Assembly (NCBI GenBank): GCA_035288405.1
Contig: DATEAK010000302.1
Coordinates: forward strand, 1-32,253
Reading direction: 5' to 3'
Origin: a bacterium
Lineage (GTDB): Bacteria; JACPSX01
DNA length: 32,253 nucleotides
Below, piece after piece: positions 19,665 through 28,410 of the stretch. Positions within the stretch are counted from its first letter, which is position 1, and every line of letters begins with the position of its first letter. The notes under the pieces are model-generated. The model ran no database searches, was not told the origin of the DNA, and saw nothing but the letters and a program-made list of their open reading frames with translations. The position numbers were made by a program, and so were the translations under genes.

Positions 19665-20408
19665 TTACATCCACATCCCGCCGTTCACATGAAGGACCTG
19701 ACCGGTAATATACGAGGCCTCCTCCGAAAGGAGGAACTCCACCACGGCCATCACGTCAGGTCCCAACCCCACGCGGCCCATGGGAATAGTCTCCATGATC
19801 GCGTCCCTAGCCTTTTCGGACATACCTCGGGTCATATCCGTGTCGACCAGTCCCGGAGCAACGGCATTCACGGTAATTCCGCGACTTGCCAGCTCCTTGG
19901 CCACGGCCTTCGTAAACCCGACGATGCCCGCTTTGGCGGCAGCATAATTGGCCTGCCCCGGGTTCCCCATAATTCCCACAACCGAGGAGATATTGACGAT
20001 GCGGCCGAAGCGCTGCCGCACCATGAGCCGGGCCGCAGCTTTCGAGCACAAGAATGTGCCTTTCAGGTTCGTATCCACCACAAAGTCCCAGTCATCCTCG
20101 GACATACGCAGAAGAAGGCCGTCTCGGGTCACCCCCGCGTTGTTGATGAGAAAATCCAGGCGGCCGCCTTCCGCGGAAACGCGCTCAAACATACCCTTCA
20201 CTTGCGCCGGATACGCCACGTTTGCCTGCACGGTTTCCGCTTGTCCTCCGGCTTCGCAAATCTCGGCTTTTATCTTCTCAGCCGCCGCGGTGTCACGGAG
20301 GTAGTTGATGAAAACTTTTGCTCCTCGAACACCCAGCCTTCGGGCCACGTCGGCTCCAATCCCGCGGCTCCCTCCGGTCACCAGAGCCACTCGCCCTCTG
20401 ATCTCCAT
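19665..20408 (-). CDS. fabG: 3-oxoacyl-[ACP] reductase (SDR family)
   Basis: ALVTGGSRGIG (NAD(P) binding), NNAG and YAAAK (catalytic YxxxK) are present. ATG 20408 is preceded by AGGAG at a 7-nt spacing, and the TAG of fabD forms part of that SD. The track start 20474 is too far upstream. Confidence 0.92.
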   Translation of the reverse strand: MEIRGRVALVTGGSRGIGADVARRLGVRGAKVFINYLRDTAAAEKIKAEICEAGGQAETVQANVAYPAQVKGMFERVSAEGGRLDFLINNAGVTRDGLLLRMSEDDWDFVVDTNLKGTFLCSKAAARLMVRQRFGRIVNISSVVGIMGNPGQANYAAAKAGIVGFTKAVAKELASRGITVNAVAPGLVDTDMTRGMSEKARDAIMETIPMGRVGLGPDVMAVVEFLLSEEASYITGQVLHVNGGMWM

Positions 20409-20418
20409 CTCTGCTCTC

Positions 20419-21354
20419 CTAAGGAAGCCCTTCGAGAGCCCGTTCCAGGCTTGCGGCATCTTCCACGTTGGCAACCTTCAGGTGGCGGTTGTGCCGTTTG
20501 AAGAGGCCGGACAGCACGCGCCCGGGCCCAACCTCCACGATCCGATCAACCTCCTGGCCGAGAATAACGTCCATGGTCTCAAGCCAACGAACAGGGGCGC
20601 AAACCTGGGCCTTAAGAGCATTGCGCGCCTCCGCGCCGGTAGTGATCGGCCGGGCGCTCACGTTTGCCACAACAGGAAACGCCAATTCCCCAAACTGCAC
20701 GCGGTCCAGTTCATTTGCAAGCCGCTTTGCGGCAGGTTCCATCAAAGCGCAATGGAAAGGCGCACTGACAGGCAAAGGCACGGCCCGCGCGGTCCCGGTT
20801 TCTTTAACCAGGCTGATGGCTCTTTCCACAGCTCCCGCGTGACCGGCAATGACCACCTGCTCAGAACTATTGAAGTTGGCAGGTTGCAACACCTCTCCGT
20901 CCCCGGCTTTGGCACAAATTTGGTCGACCGCTTCCGCGCTTAAACCGATCACTGCAGCCATTGCCCCCACGCCCGGAGGGGTGGCCTCCCGCATGAACTG
21001 CCCGCGCTTGCGAACCAGAACCAGGGCATCCTCCAGGGAAAGGGCGCCCGCTGCCACCAGTGCCGAATACTCGCCCAGGCTGTGTCCCGCGGCAATCACG
21101 GAAGTAAGCCCCCTCTCGCGCAGGAGATGGGCTGCCACAGCGCTGACCAGAAGGATTGCAGGCTGGGTGTTTTCTGTAAGGCGAAGTTCTTCTTCCGGCC
21201 CTTCCAGACAGAGGGCCTGAAGATCCAGGCCCAGTGTCCGGTTGGCCAGTGCGAACATCTCCCGGGCCTGAGGGGAAGTCTCCTGAAAGCTCTTCCCCAT
21301 CCCCACGTATTGGGATCCCTGTCCCGGAAAGACAAATGCCAGGCGCTCCCCCAT
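20419..21354 (-). CDS. fabD: Malonyl CoA-ACP transacylase
   Basis: FVFPGQGSQYVGMG and the active-site motif GHSLGEYSALV are present. The ATG shares one base with the plsX TAA (TAATG). Confidence 0.93.
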   Translation of the reverse strand: MGERLAFVFPGQGSQYVGMGKSFQETSPQAREMFALANRTLGLDLQALCLEGPEEELRLTENTQPAILLVSAVAAHLLRERGLTSVIAAGHSLGEYSALVAAGALSLEDALVLVRKRGQFMREATPPGVGAMAAVIGLSAEAVDQICAKAGDGEVLQPANFNSSEQVVIAGHAGAVERAISLVKETGTARAVPLPVSAPFHCALMEPAAKRLANELDRVQFGELAFPVVANVSARPITTGAEARNALKAQVCAPVRWLETMDVILGQEVDRIVEVGPGRVLSGLFKRHNRHLKVANVEDAASLERALEGLP

Positions 21355-22460
21355 TACTCCTGATGACTCCCGTGGGGCTGAACCTTCCCCTTACGCTCCA
21401 TGGAGAAGGAAAAGGATTGCCGGATATTGCTCCAGAAGGTTCCTCTGCGATGATTGGCGCCATGGGTCTCGACATCGGCCTCTATATCTTCCTCGATATG
21501 ATTGCTGAGTCCGGTATCGGCCATCCTCTGCGCCATGGGGATTGCATTCTTAATCGCCTTCGGAGTGGAGCCGCCGTGACAAATAATGCAGACTCCATTA
21601 ATCCCAAGCAGCGGGGCGCCTCCATATTCCGAGTAGTCCATTCGCTTCTTCATTGCCGCAAAACGCCGCTTGACGAGCAGGTATCCCAGTTTCGAGAAAA
21701 TGTTGTGGGAGAAAACGTCCCGCAAACTTTTCTCGACCATTTCCGCCAGGCTCTCGCTGATCTTCAAAGCCACGTTGCCCAGGAACCCGTCGCATACGAT
21801 GACATCGGAAACCCCTCGGTAGACCGCTTTTCCCTCCACATTTCCGATGAAGTTCATGGAACTCTGCTTGAACATTTGGAAGGCTTCCCGGGTAATCTCA
21901 TTGCCCTTGGATTCTTCCTCTCCAATGCCCAGCAAGCCGACCCTTGGATTCGGCCGGTTCAAAATGTATTTGGCAAACACAGACCCCATGATCCCGAACT
22001 GAAAAAGCTGGGTTGATTTGCAGTCCACGTTAGCCCCGGCATCGAGCAAAACGCAAAGCCCTTTCACCGTAGGCAGGAAAGTGGCGATGGCGGGACGATC
22101 GATCCCCTTCAAAGGGCGCAAGATCAGCGTGGAGGCCGTAAGGGTGGCTCCCGTGTGCCCCGCGCTGACCACAGCCTGGGCCTCTCCCTCCTTCACCGCC
22201 TCGACGGCTACCCGGATCGAGGAATCCCTCTTCTTGCGCAAAGCAATCGAGGGAGTTTCTTCCATCTGGACGACCTCGGTACAGTGTTTGACGCGGATCG
22301 GAAGATTGTCGGCGCCGAAGCGCTCCATTTCTTTCCGCAAAATAGTCTCATTACCCACAAGGAGAATTTCCGTCCCATACTCGCGAGCCGCCAGCACCGC
22401 ACCTTCGACGATGACCGCAGGTCCGTGGTCTCCCCCCATGGCATCAACAGCAACTGTCAT
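21354..22460 (-). CDS. plsX: Phosphate acyltransferase PlsX
   Basis: N terminus MTVAVDAMGGDHGP and a PlsX-family body (SAGHTGA, GINGVCIICHGGS). It carries a C-terminal tail about 35-45 aa longer than the PlsX proteins I recall. Confidence 0.9.
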   Translation of the reverse strand: MTVAVDAMGGDHGPAVIVEGAVLAAREYGTEILLVGNETILRKEMERFGADNLPIRVKHCTEVVQMEETPSIALRKKRDSSIRVAVEAVKEGEAQAVVSAGHTGATLTASTLILRPLKGIDRPAIATFLPTVKGLCVLLDAGANVDCKSTQLFQFGIMGSVFAKYILNRPNPRVGLLGIGEEESKGNEITREAFQMFKQSSMNFIGNVEGKAVYRGVSDVIVCDGFLGNVALKISESLAEMVEKSLRDVFSHNIFSKLGYLLVKRRFAAMKKRMDYSEYGGAPLLGINGVCIICHGGSTPKAIKNAIPMAQRMADTGLSNHIEEDIEADVETHGANHRRGTFWSNIRQSFSFSMERKGKVQPHGSHQE

Positions 22461-22534
22461 AATTCCCCCGGATTTCGTTTCACGATTCGAGCACAGGTTT
22501 CTTCATGTCCCGTTTGCCTGCTCGCATCTGCTCC

Positions 22535-22711
22535 TTATGGAGTGGGTACCACTTCCCGGCCGCGGTAGAAACCGCAGTTCGGACAAACTTCATGGGGCCT
22601 TTTCGGCTCCTTACACTGAGGACAGTTATAAAATTGGGGCGATTCCAATTTCTTATGAGTCCGGCCCTTGTCGCGCCGGGTTCGCGACGTGCGTTTCTTG
22701 GGAACAGTCAT
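22535..22711 (-). CDS. rpmF: 50S ribosomal protein L32 (zinc-ribbon C+ form)
   Basis: Below the ORF-track length cutoff. Minus-strand translation from ATG 22711 gives MTVPKKRTSRTRRDKGRTHKKLESPQFYNCPQCKEPKRPHEVCPNCGFYRGREVVPTP, ending at TAA 22537-22535. It has the L32 N-terminal signature and CxxC...CxxC. AGGAG lies upstream, overlapping the yceD stop. Confidence 0.93.
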   Translation of the reverse strand: MTVPKKRTSRTRRDKGRTHKKLESPQFYNCPQCKEPKRPHEVCPNCGFYRGREVVPTP

Positions 22712-22724
22712 AAATTTCTATCTC

Positions 22725-23243
22725 CTAAATTTTCAGGCGGCTCAAGGCGGAAAGACGCGGATCGCCCTGCTCTTCGTGGGCATGAACCGCTCCGGCTGCC
22801 AGCCTTTCTCCACAAACCGCGCACAAGCCCTGGCAGTCGTCACGGCACAAAGGCGCAATGGGGACCGCAAGTAAGAGGTGATCCCTCAGGGCAGGTGTCA
22901 AGTCAACGCTCGTCCCCGCATAATAGGAGACATCCAAGTCTTCCCCGTGCAGAGACTTCTCCTTCTTTTCGGACTCTTCATAAATCTCCGGGAGGTACCG
23001 CGCGGAGACGTCCTCTGCAACGCCGACCGAAAAAGGATCCAGGCAGCGGACGCAGGTCAGAGACAAACGCGTGCTTGCTTTCCCCCCAACGAAAATCTTT
23101 TCTCCCGTTTTCTCCAGGCTGCCGGAGAATCGAACCGGTTCAGCGATCACAATCCGTTCATCGCCCGTGTCATATAGATCCGCCCCTTCCGTAAACTCCA
23201 GTGGGTGGATCCCCTCGGCCAGCTCCAACACATCCACAATCAT
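22725..23243 (-). CDS. yceD: YceD/DUF177 family protein (large ribosomal subunit accumulation protein)
   Basis: 172 aa, acidic, with C-terminal Cys pairs (CVRCLDPF, CRDDCQGLCAVCG). It occupies the conserved position immediately upstream of rpmF-plsX. Confidence 0.85.
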   Translation of the reverse strand: MIVDVLELAEGIHPLEFTEGADLYDTGDERIVIAEPVRFSGSLEKTGEKIFVGGKASTRLSLTCVRCLDPFSVGVAEDVSARYLPEIYEESEKKEKSLHGEDLDVSYYAGTSVDLTPALRDHLLLAVPIAPLCRDDCQGLCAVCGERLAAGAVHAHEEQGDPRLSALSRLKI

Positions 23244-23315
23244 ACCCGAATCTTCCCAAAATCGCCTTTAATTTAAAGTAGTTACGGGAAATCCGAAGGC
23301 CCAAAAGCCTGCCGG

Positions 23316-23344
23316 ATTATACCGATGGGTTCTACCTATGTCAA
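23316..23344 (-). promoter_or_regulatory. Perfect consensus sigma70 promoter (TTGACA-17-TATAAT) for the yceD-rpmF-plsX-fab operon
   Basis: The minus strand reads ccTTGACAtaggtagaacccatcggTATAATccgg. The -35 is at 23339-23344 and the -10 at 23316-23321, with an exact 17-bp spacer. It lies about 70 nt upstream of the yceD ATG. Confidence 0.7.
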
Positions 23345-23378
23345 GGGAAAAGGATCTACCGTACCAATCCGATAAAGT

Positions 23379-24317
23379 CTAAGATTTACGGTACGTTTTC
23401 AAGAATTGGTCGATCAGGATCCCCTCCCGTACCCCGAAGTCGCTGATGAGAATTTCCGGGGCGTTTAGGAAATCCACCAGAGCTCGGGCCAGGGCGGCTC
23501 CGGCCACAATGATATCTTCCCTCCCCCGCTCAAGCCCTGCCACTTTTTCGAGCTGCGGGCGGGACTTTTTCCGCAACGACTCCAGGAGGTCCACGATCCG
23601 CCAGCGCGACAGTTTATGACCATTGATGCGCAATGGGTCATAGCTCTCCATGGCAAGGTCAATGGCAGCGAGCGTTGTCATGGTGCCGGCTGTGCCTACC
23701 AGCGGGGTCTCCGTCCACCGAGATCTGAAAGCCCTGGCTTCCTTTAGACCGATACCGATCGCCTCTTCCATCCGGGCAAACTCGTGCGCAGGGACAGGAG
23801 CTTCGGATAGAAAAGATTCGGTGAGACGAACGGCTCCCAAATTCAAGCTTACAATCAGCCCTACCGATCCACCCTCGACTCCCACAAGCTCCGTGCTTCC
23901 CCCTCCGATGTCCACGACGACAAATCGGCCCGGCAGGTTGGGAAGCGCCTCGGTGACTCCAAGGACCGCCAAGCGCGCCTCCTCATGCGGTGACACAACT
24001 TGAACCGCCCACCCGGTCTCGTTCTGCACGAGGGAAATGAACTCCTGGCGATTTTCCGCCAGACGCAAGGGGCTGGTCGCCACCACCTGGATTCCATCCA
24101 AAAGAAAATCCTGCACCTGTCGCCGAAACTCTCGCAGGACTTCCAACGTGCGGTCCATCGCCTGACGCTGAAGCTTCCCATTCCTCCACAGCCCTTCGGA
24201 CAGCCGGGGAATCGCCTGGCTGCTGTGGCAAGCCCGCAGCGGCAGACCCCGCTCTTTGTTTGCCACCAGAAGGCGCACTGTATTGGAGCCTAGATCAATC
24301 GCGCCAAACGTTCCCAT
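23379..24317 (-). CDS. Ppx/GppA family phosphatase (exopolyphosphatase / pppGpp phosphohydrolase-like, ~313 aa form)
   Basis: ASKHA-fold motifs AIDLGSNTVRLLV, VVDIGGGSTEL and LVGTAGTMTTLA are present. ATG 24317 is preceded by AGGAAGGA. The 151 upstream residues of track ORF 23379-24770 overlap cinA in another frame and look noncoding. Confidence 0.85.
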   Translation of the reverse strand: MGTFGAIDLGSNTVRLLVANKERGLPLRACHSSQAIPRLSEGLWRNGKLQRQAMDRTLEVLREFRRQVQDFLLDGIQVVATSPLRLAENRQEFISLVQNETGWAVQVVSPHEEARLAVLGVTEALPNLPGRFVVVDIGGGSTELVGVEGGSVGLIVSLNLGAVRLTESFLSEAPVPAHEFARMEEAIGIGLKEARAFRSRWTETPLVGTAGTMTTLAAIDLAMESYDPLRINGHKLSRWRIVDLLESLRKKSRPQLEKVAGLERGREDIIVAGAALARALVDFLNAPEILISDFGVREGILIDQFLKTYRKS

Positions 24318-24388
24318 GTTCCTTCCTGAAAGACGAGCGGTACAGAGGGCCCCATTCTCCAAACGAACGGCTCCCTCCCCCACCAAGA

Positions 24389-25603
24389 TCACGAGAGATC
24401 CGGTGAGCCCACCAGAAGTATACGACGGAGAATCTCCAAGGCGGACGTGCTGGCGCGTCTCCATAAAGTAGGAGGATCCGGCAGAGGAATTGTCTTTTGA
24501 AATCTTCCCCAGGGCCCCAGATAGAGAAAATGAGCACGCCAGGGAGCGCGGGAGTTCTGGCCGGACTCGTTTCCTGTTACCGTGAGTCCGAGGACACTCG
24601 ATGCCTGAAAGTCCTCCATCAGGGCATGACAGGACTTCTCCATCTCCAGTTCTTCTTCTCGCGACAGGCTGCACGAGTTCAAACGGGGACGCACAACGCC
24701 GCCCTGCAGAAATCCCGTGTTCTCGGAAACCGCCGCCAGCCGGTTCAATAGAAGACCGCCGCTCCCCCACTCCGCTACAGCCAGACGAATTCCTTTCGTT
24801 AGCAGCATTCCACCTACAACCTGCTCGAGCGTCTCGTCGTCCACACCGTAAACGCGATTGCCAAGGCGTGCCACGATTTCACGGCAGGCGGCCGCCACGG
24901 CTCCTTCTACGAACTGCGCATCCTCGCCCCGGGCAGTAACGCGAATGTGGGTTTCTCCCTCCTGTGCCAGAAGTCCCACAGCCGGATTTGCGGATCCCGT
25001 CATGAGATCGCCGATGATCTGATCCACGCGGCTTTCCCCGAGACCAGCCACTTTGAGAGTCCGGGTTAAGGTAAGACCACGAAGTCCAAAGCGTGTGCGA
25101 AGAAAAGGGAGAACGAATCGATCGAGCAAGAAAACCATTTCCCTCGGAACACCGGGCAGGGAGAGAAGGATGCTTCCTCCATGTTCGACGATGAAGCCGG
25201 GCGCTGTGCCCTGGGGATTTTCAATGGGAATCGAGCCGGCGGGAATGTAGGATTGCTTGCGGTTATTCGAGGTCATGGTGACCCCCAGGCGCTGAAACCG
25301 CTCCTCGATCTGGGTGAGAAGCTCGGGTTTAAATTCCAGGTCGACTCCGAGAGCCTCAGCCACGCTCTCCCGTGTGAGGTCATCCTCCGTGGGGCCGATC
25401 CCTCCCGTAGTGATGATCAACGGAGACCGGCTCAGGGCCAGGGAGAGAATTTCATGAATTCGTTCTCTCTGATCCCCGACGGCGCTTTGATACCGAACCG
25501 GGATGCCAATGGTTCCGAGCTTGCGGGCGAGGGTGGCAGCGTTCGTATCTACGACATCGCCCAGCAAGAGCTCGGAACCAATGGAGATCCCTTCAGCGTG
25601 CAC
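24389..25603 (-). CDS. cinA: Competence/damage-inducible protein CinA (MoCF-binding domain plus C-terminal PncC-like NMN deamidase domain)
   Basis: HAEGISIGSELLLGDVVDTNA and ITTGGIGPTEDDLT are typical of the CinA N-domain. GTG 25603 matches the usual M-x-AEII N terminus. TTG 25624 (the track start) is the alternative. Confidence 0.85.
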   Translation of the reverse strand: MHAEGISIGSELLLGDVVDTNAATLARKLGTIGIPVRYQSAVGDQRERIHEILSLALSRSPLIITTGGIGPTEDDLTRESVAEALGVDLEFKPELLTQIEERFQRLGVTMTSNNRKQSYIPAGSIPIENPQGTAPGFIVEHGGSILLSLPGVPREMVFLLDRFVLPFLRTRFGLRGLTLTRTLKVAGLGESRVDQIIGDLMTGSANPAVGLLAQEGETHIRVTARGEDAQFVEGAVAAACREIVARLGNRVYGVDDETLEQVVGGMLLTKGIRLAVAEWGSGGLLLNRLAAVSENTGFLQGGVVRPRLNSCSLSREEELEMEKSCHALMEDFQASSVLGLTVTGNESGQNSRAPWRAHFLYLGPWGRFQKTIPLPDPPTLWRRASTSALEILRRILLVGSPDLS

Positions 25604-25697
25604 GTTCCCGTACCTGGAGCTCAACGAGGTTCCGGGTAGAAGAGTCTCCTCCCCGGAACGATTTGTTGACTCCTAACTCCTCCAACCAGTCAGGGAG

Positions 25698-28244
25698 TTA
25701 ACAGCGTGACCAACCGCAATGGTAGCATGTCACGCAGCCGGTCTCATGGGCAACCCCACCTCCACACTCAGGGCATGTGGAGATAAACGCGAGAGGCCGC
25801 ATGGAGTCATTGCCGTTGCCCAGCGCCGCGGCATCCGATTTCGTTTTCGTCGGAATCTTGGGATGCCCCGCGGCGGATTTGAGAAGCAGGTCCTTTCCAA
25901 CGTTTTGCTGGCGACCCAGGTGGCGCTCCAGGGCCTTCCCAATAGCATCCGGTGTGGACAGGATCAATTCCCCGTTTTCCCAAACAGGGAGAGGACCTGA
26001 AATCCCCTTGAGCTGCTGAATGATCTCCCGAGGATCGATCCCCGCTCGCAGGGCCAGTGAGATGAGCCGGCTGATGGCCTCCGATTGGGCCTGAGCATTG
26101 CCCCCGGCTTTTCCAATCGTCGTAAACACCTCGCACAGGCCCTCGCTGTCCTCGTTGATCGTGATGTAAAGATTCCCCTCTCCCGTGCGGATTCTCTCCG
26201 TAACCCCATGGGTGATGGACGGACGCGTACGAGGATGGAACCCGTTCCCGTTGGATTTGTGAGCCGCTTCAGACCCGTTTCCATTCCCCTTGGACTCGAT
26301 GATCAAGGCGGCAGAGGCTTCGGATTCCTCAGCAGGAGTTGCTCCTTCCGCCTTTTCCCCTTCTGCATCCGTCTGCAGAATCCCCTGGCGGCTCCCCTCA
26401 CGGTACACCGTAATCCCTTTGAGACCCGCCTTGTAGGCCGTGAGGTAGATATCCGCCACGGTTTCTACAGAGACATCCTCCGCGAGATTCACCGTGGAGG
26501 AGATGGCGCTGTCCACGTAGTTCTGAATGACGCCCTGCATCTTGACCCGGAAGTAAGGATCAATATCGTGGGCCGTCACCACGTACGGAGGCAGGCTGTC
26601 GTCGCCGCCGAAGAGCCTCTGGATCAGGTAGTGATACACCTTATATTCCACGAAGCTCTCGCCGTCGGAATTCTTCACCCTGCGCTTGTAGCTCGTGCAG
26701 AAGATGGGCTCGACCCCTGAGCTGGAGCGGGCCACGATGGAACCGGTGCCCACCGGCGGCACGGTGATCACCGTGCCGTTGCGGATCCCGAAGCGCTCGA
26801 TGTCGTTGCGGATCTCTTCCGGCAGAGCCTGCACGAACCTGCTGCGGGAATACCCCTCCCAGTTAAACACGGGGAACGGGCCTTTCTCGCGGGCCAGATC
26901 CACAGAAGTCCGGTACGCGGCATCCCGGATCGTGCTCATCATCTTGTCGACGGCTTGCAAGGCTTCATCGGAATCGTAGCGGATCTTCATACACACCAGA
27001 GCATCCGCCAATCCCGTAATTCCCAGTCCCACCCGGCGATCCGAAGCAACGGCCTCTTTGATCTTGTCCAGGGCGTGATTGTCCATGTTGTAATCGATCA
27101 CGTCATCGAGAAACCGAGTGGCGACCCGGGTCGTCTCCGCCAGATCCACGTAATCGAAGCTGCCGTCTTCCCGCACAAAAGAGGTCAGGTTGAGGCTCCC
27201 CAGGTTGCAAGCCGTGTAGGCGGCCAGCGGCTGCTCGCCGCAGGGATTCGTGCTGGACAGCGGGTTCGCGTATTCCAGATTGTGATATTCCCGCATGGTA
27301 TCCCAGAAGATCACTCCCGGCTCGGCCGAAGCATGGGCATTTTCGATCATCTTCTTCCACAGATCCCGGGCTTTCACGGTCCGGAAGACTTTGCCTCCCC
27401 AGCGCAGGGGAAAATCATCGTCGTTCAGAACCGCCTGCATAAATTCGTGAGTGGCCAGCACGCTGATGTTGGCGTACTGCACCTTGCGCCGCTCCGGATC
27501 GTTCTTGATCGTGATGAACCTCTCGATATCCGGGTGGTCCACACGCAAGGTCAACATCAGAGCTCCCCGGCGCCCGGCCTGGGAAACGGTATTCGTGCTC
27601 TCGCTCAAGAGGTTCATGAACGCTGTGGACCCCGGGGATCTATCCACGGTGGCGTTGACCGGGGCCCCTTCCGGGCGCAGGATGGAAAGATCCGTCCCCA
27701 CACCTCCTCCGGTCCGGTACACCAGAGCCGATTCCATCAGACAGGTGTAGATCGCTTCCAGGCTGTCCTCGACGATGGGGATCACGTAGCAGTTGGACAG
27801 AGTGGGACGGCGCCGGGCGTCTTCTCGCCCCGCCGCATGCATGACCCGTCCTCCCGGGACAAACTTAAAGTCAATGAGGATGGACATAAACTGGTGGTAC
27901 CAGTAGTCCCGGTTGGATTCCACAGTAGCGATGGCCCGGGCAATCCGGTCCCACATATGGAACGGTCCCGTCTCGCCTGGAGCCAGATATTTGCTCTTCA
28001 CCACGTTCACTGCAAGATCGTCCCCCTCGTAATAGTCGGACGCATCCAGAGCTTTGAGCAAGTGCTTTCCTCCGTGATCCATGCGCAAGCATTTGCGCTC
28101 TATTTCCCGCAGGAATTCCCGGCTCGGCTCCGTCTCGATTTCCGGCCGCGCCAGTCCACCCTCCGCAATGAGACCGGGGACCGCAGGGATTGCTTGTGCC
28201 GTCGTCACACCCCATTCTTCCCGGTGAACCAACTCCTCGGTCAT
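25698..28244 (-). CDS. nrdJ: Adenosylcobalamin-dependent (class II) ribonucleotide reductase
   Basis: 848 aa. Active-site region SNCYVIP ... TNPCGEQPLAAYTACNLGSLNL, and the finger loop region RTRPSITHGVTERIRTGEGNLYITIN. C-terminal zinc ribbon CPECGGGVAHETGCVTCYHCGWSRC. ATG 28244 is preceded by GGAGGA at a 6-nt spacing. Confidence 0.92.
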   Translation of the reverse strand: MTEELVHREEWGVTTAQAIPAVPGLIAEGGLARPEIETEPSREFLREIERKCLRMDHGGKHLLKALDASDYYEGDDLAVNVVKSKYLAPGETGPFHMWDRIARAIATVESNRDYWYHQFMSILIDFKFVPGGRVMHAAGREDARRRPTLSNCYVIPIVEDSLEAIYTCLMESALVYRTGGGVGTDLSILRPEGAPVNATVDRSPGSTAFMNLLSESTNTVSQAGRRGALMLTLRVDHPDIERFITIKNDPERRKVQYANISVLATHEFMQAVLNDDDFPLRWGGKVFRTVKARDLWKKMIENAHASAEPGVIFWDTMREYHNLEYANPLSSTNPCGEQPLAAYTACNLGSLNLTSFVREDGSFDYVDLAETTRVATRFLDDVIDYNMDNHALDKIKEAVASDRRVGLGITGLADALVCMKIRYDSDEALQAVDKMMSTIRDAAYRTSVDLAREKGPFPVFNWEGYSRSRFVQALPEEIRNDIERFGIRNGTVITVPPVGTGSIVARSSSGVEPIFCTSYKRRVKNSDGESFVEYKVYHYLIQRLFGGDDSLPPYVVTAHDIDPYFRVKMQGVIQNYVDSAISSTVNLAEDVSVETVADIYLTAYKAGLKGITVYREGSRQGILQTDAEGEKAEGATPAEESEASAALIIESKGNGNGSEAAHKSNGNGFHPRTRPSITHGVTERIRTGEGNLYITINEDSEGLCEVFTTIGKAGGNAQAQSEAISRLISLALRAGIDPREIIQQLKGISGPLPVWENGELILSTPDAIGKALERHLGRQQNVGKDLLLKSAAGHPKIPTKTKSDAAALGNGNDSMRPLAFISTCPECGGGVAHETGCVTCYHCGWSRC

Positions 28245-28410
28245 CCTCAGTCCTCCTCAGGGGCCAAAAGTTCGCAAGTCGCTGTGGACTTCCCTCCCCG
28301 GGAGGCCACACACTATGTTTGAAAGGGCTTCTAGGCTGGCAACGAAGAGCCGAAGCGCCTGTTTGTCCGATCGTTATCTAAACCCGGCAAGGGAGCCTTT
28401 GAATCCCCTT

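Noticed and set aside
24318-24770. 151-codon N-terminal extension of the Ppx/GppA ORF overlapping the 3' end of cinA
   Set aside because: The conserved Ppx/GppA fold starts at MGTFGAIDLGSN (ATG 24317 with AGGAAGGA upstream). The extension is in a different frame from cinA over 380 nt and has no recognisable domain. It looks like a stop-free stretch typical of GC-rich DNA.
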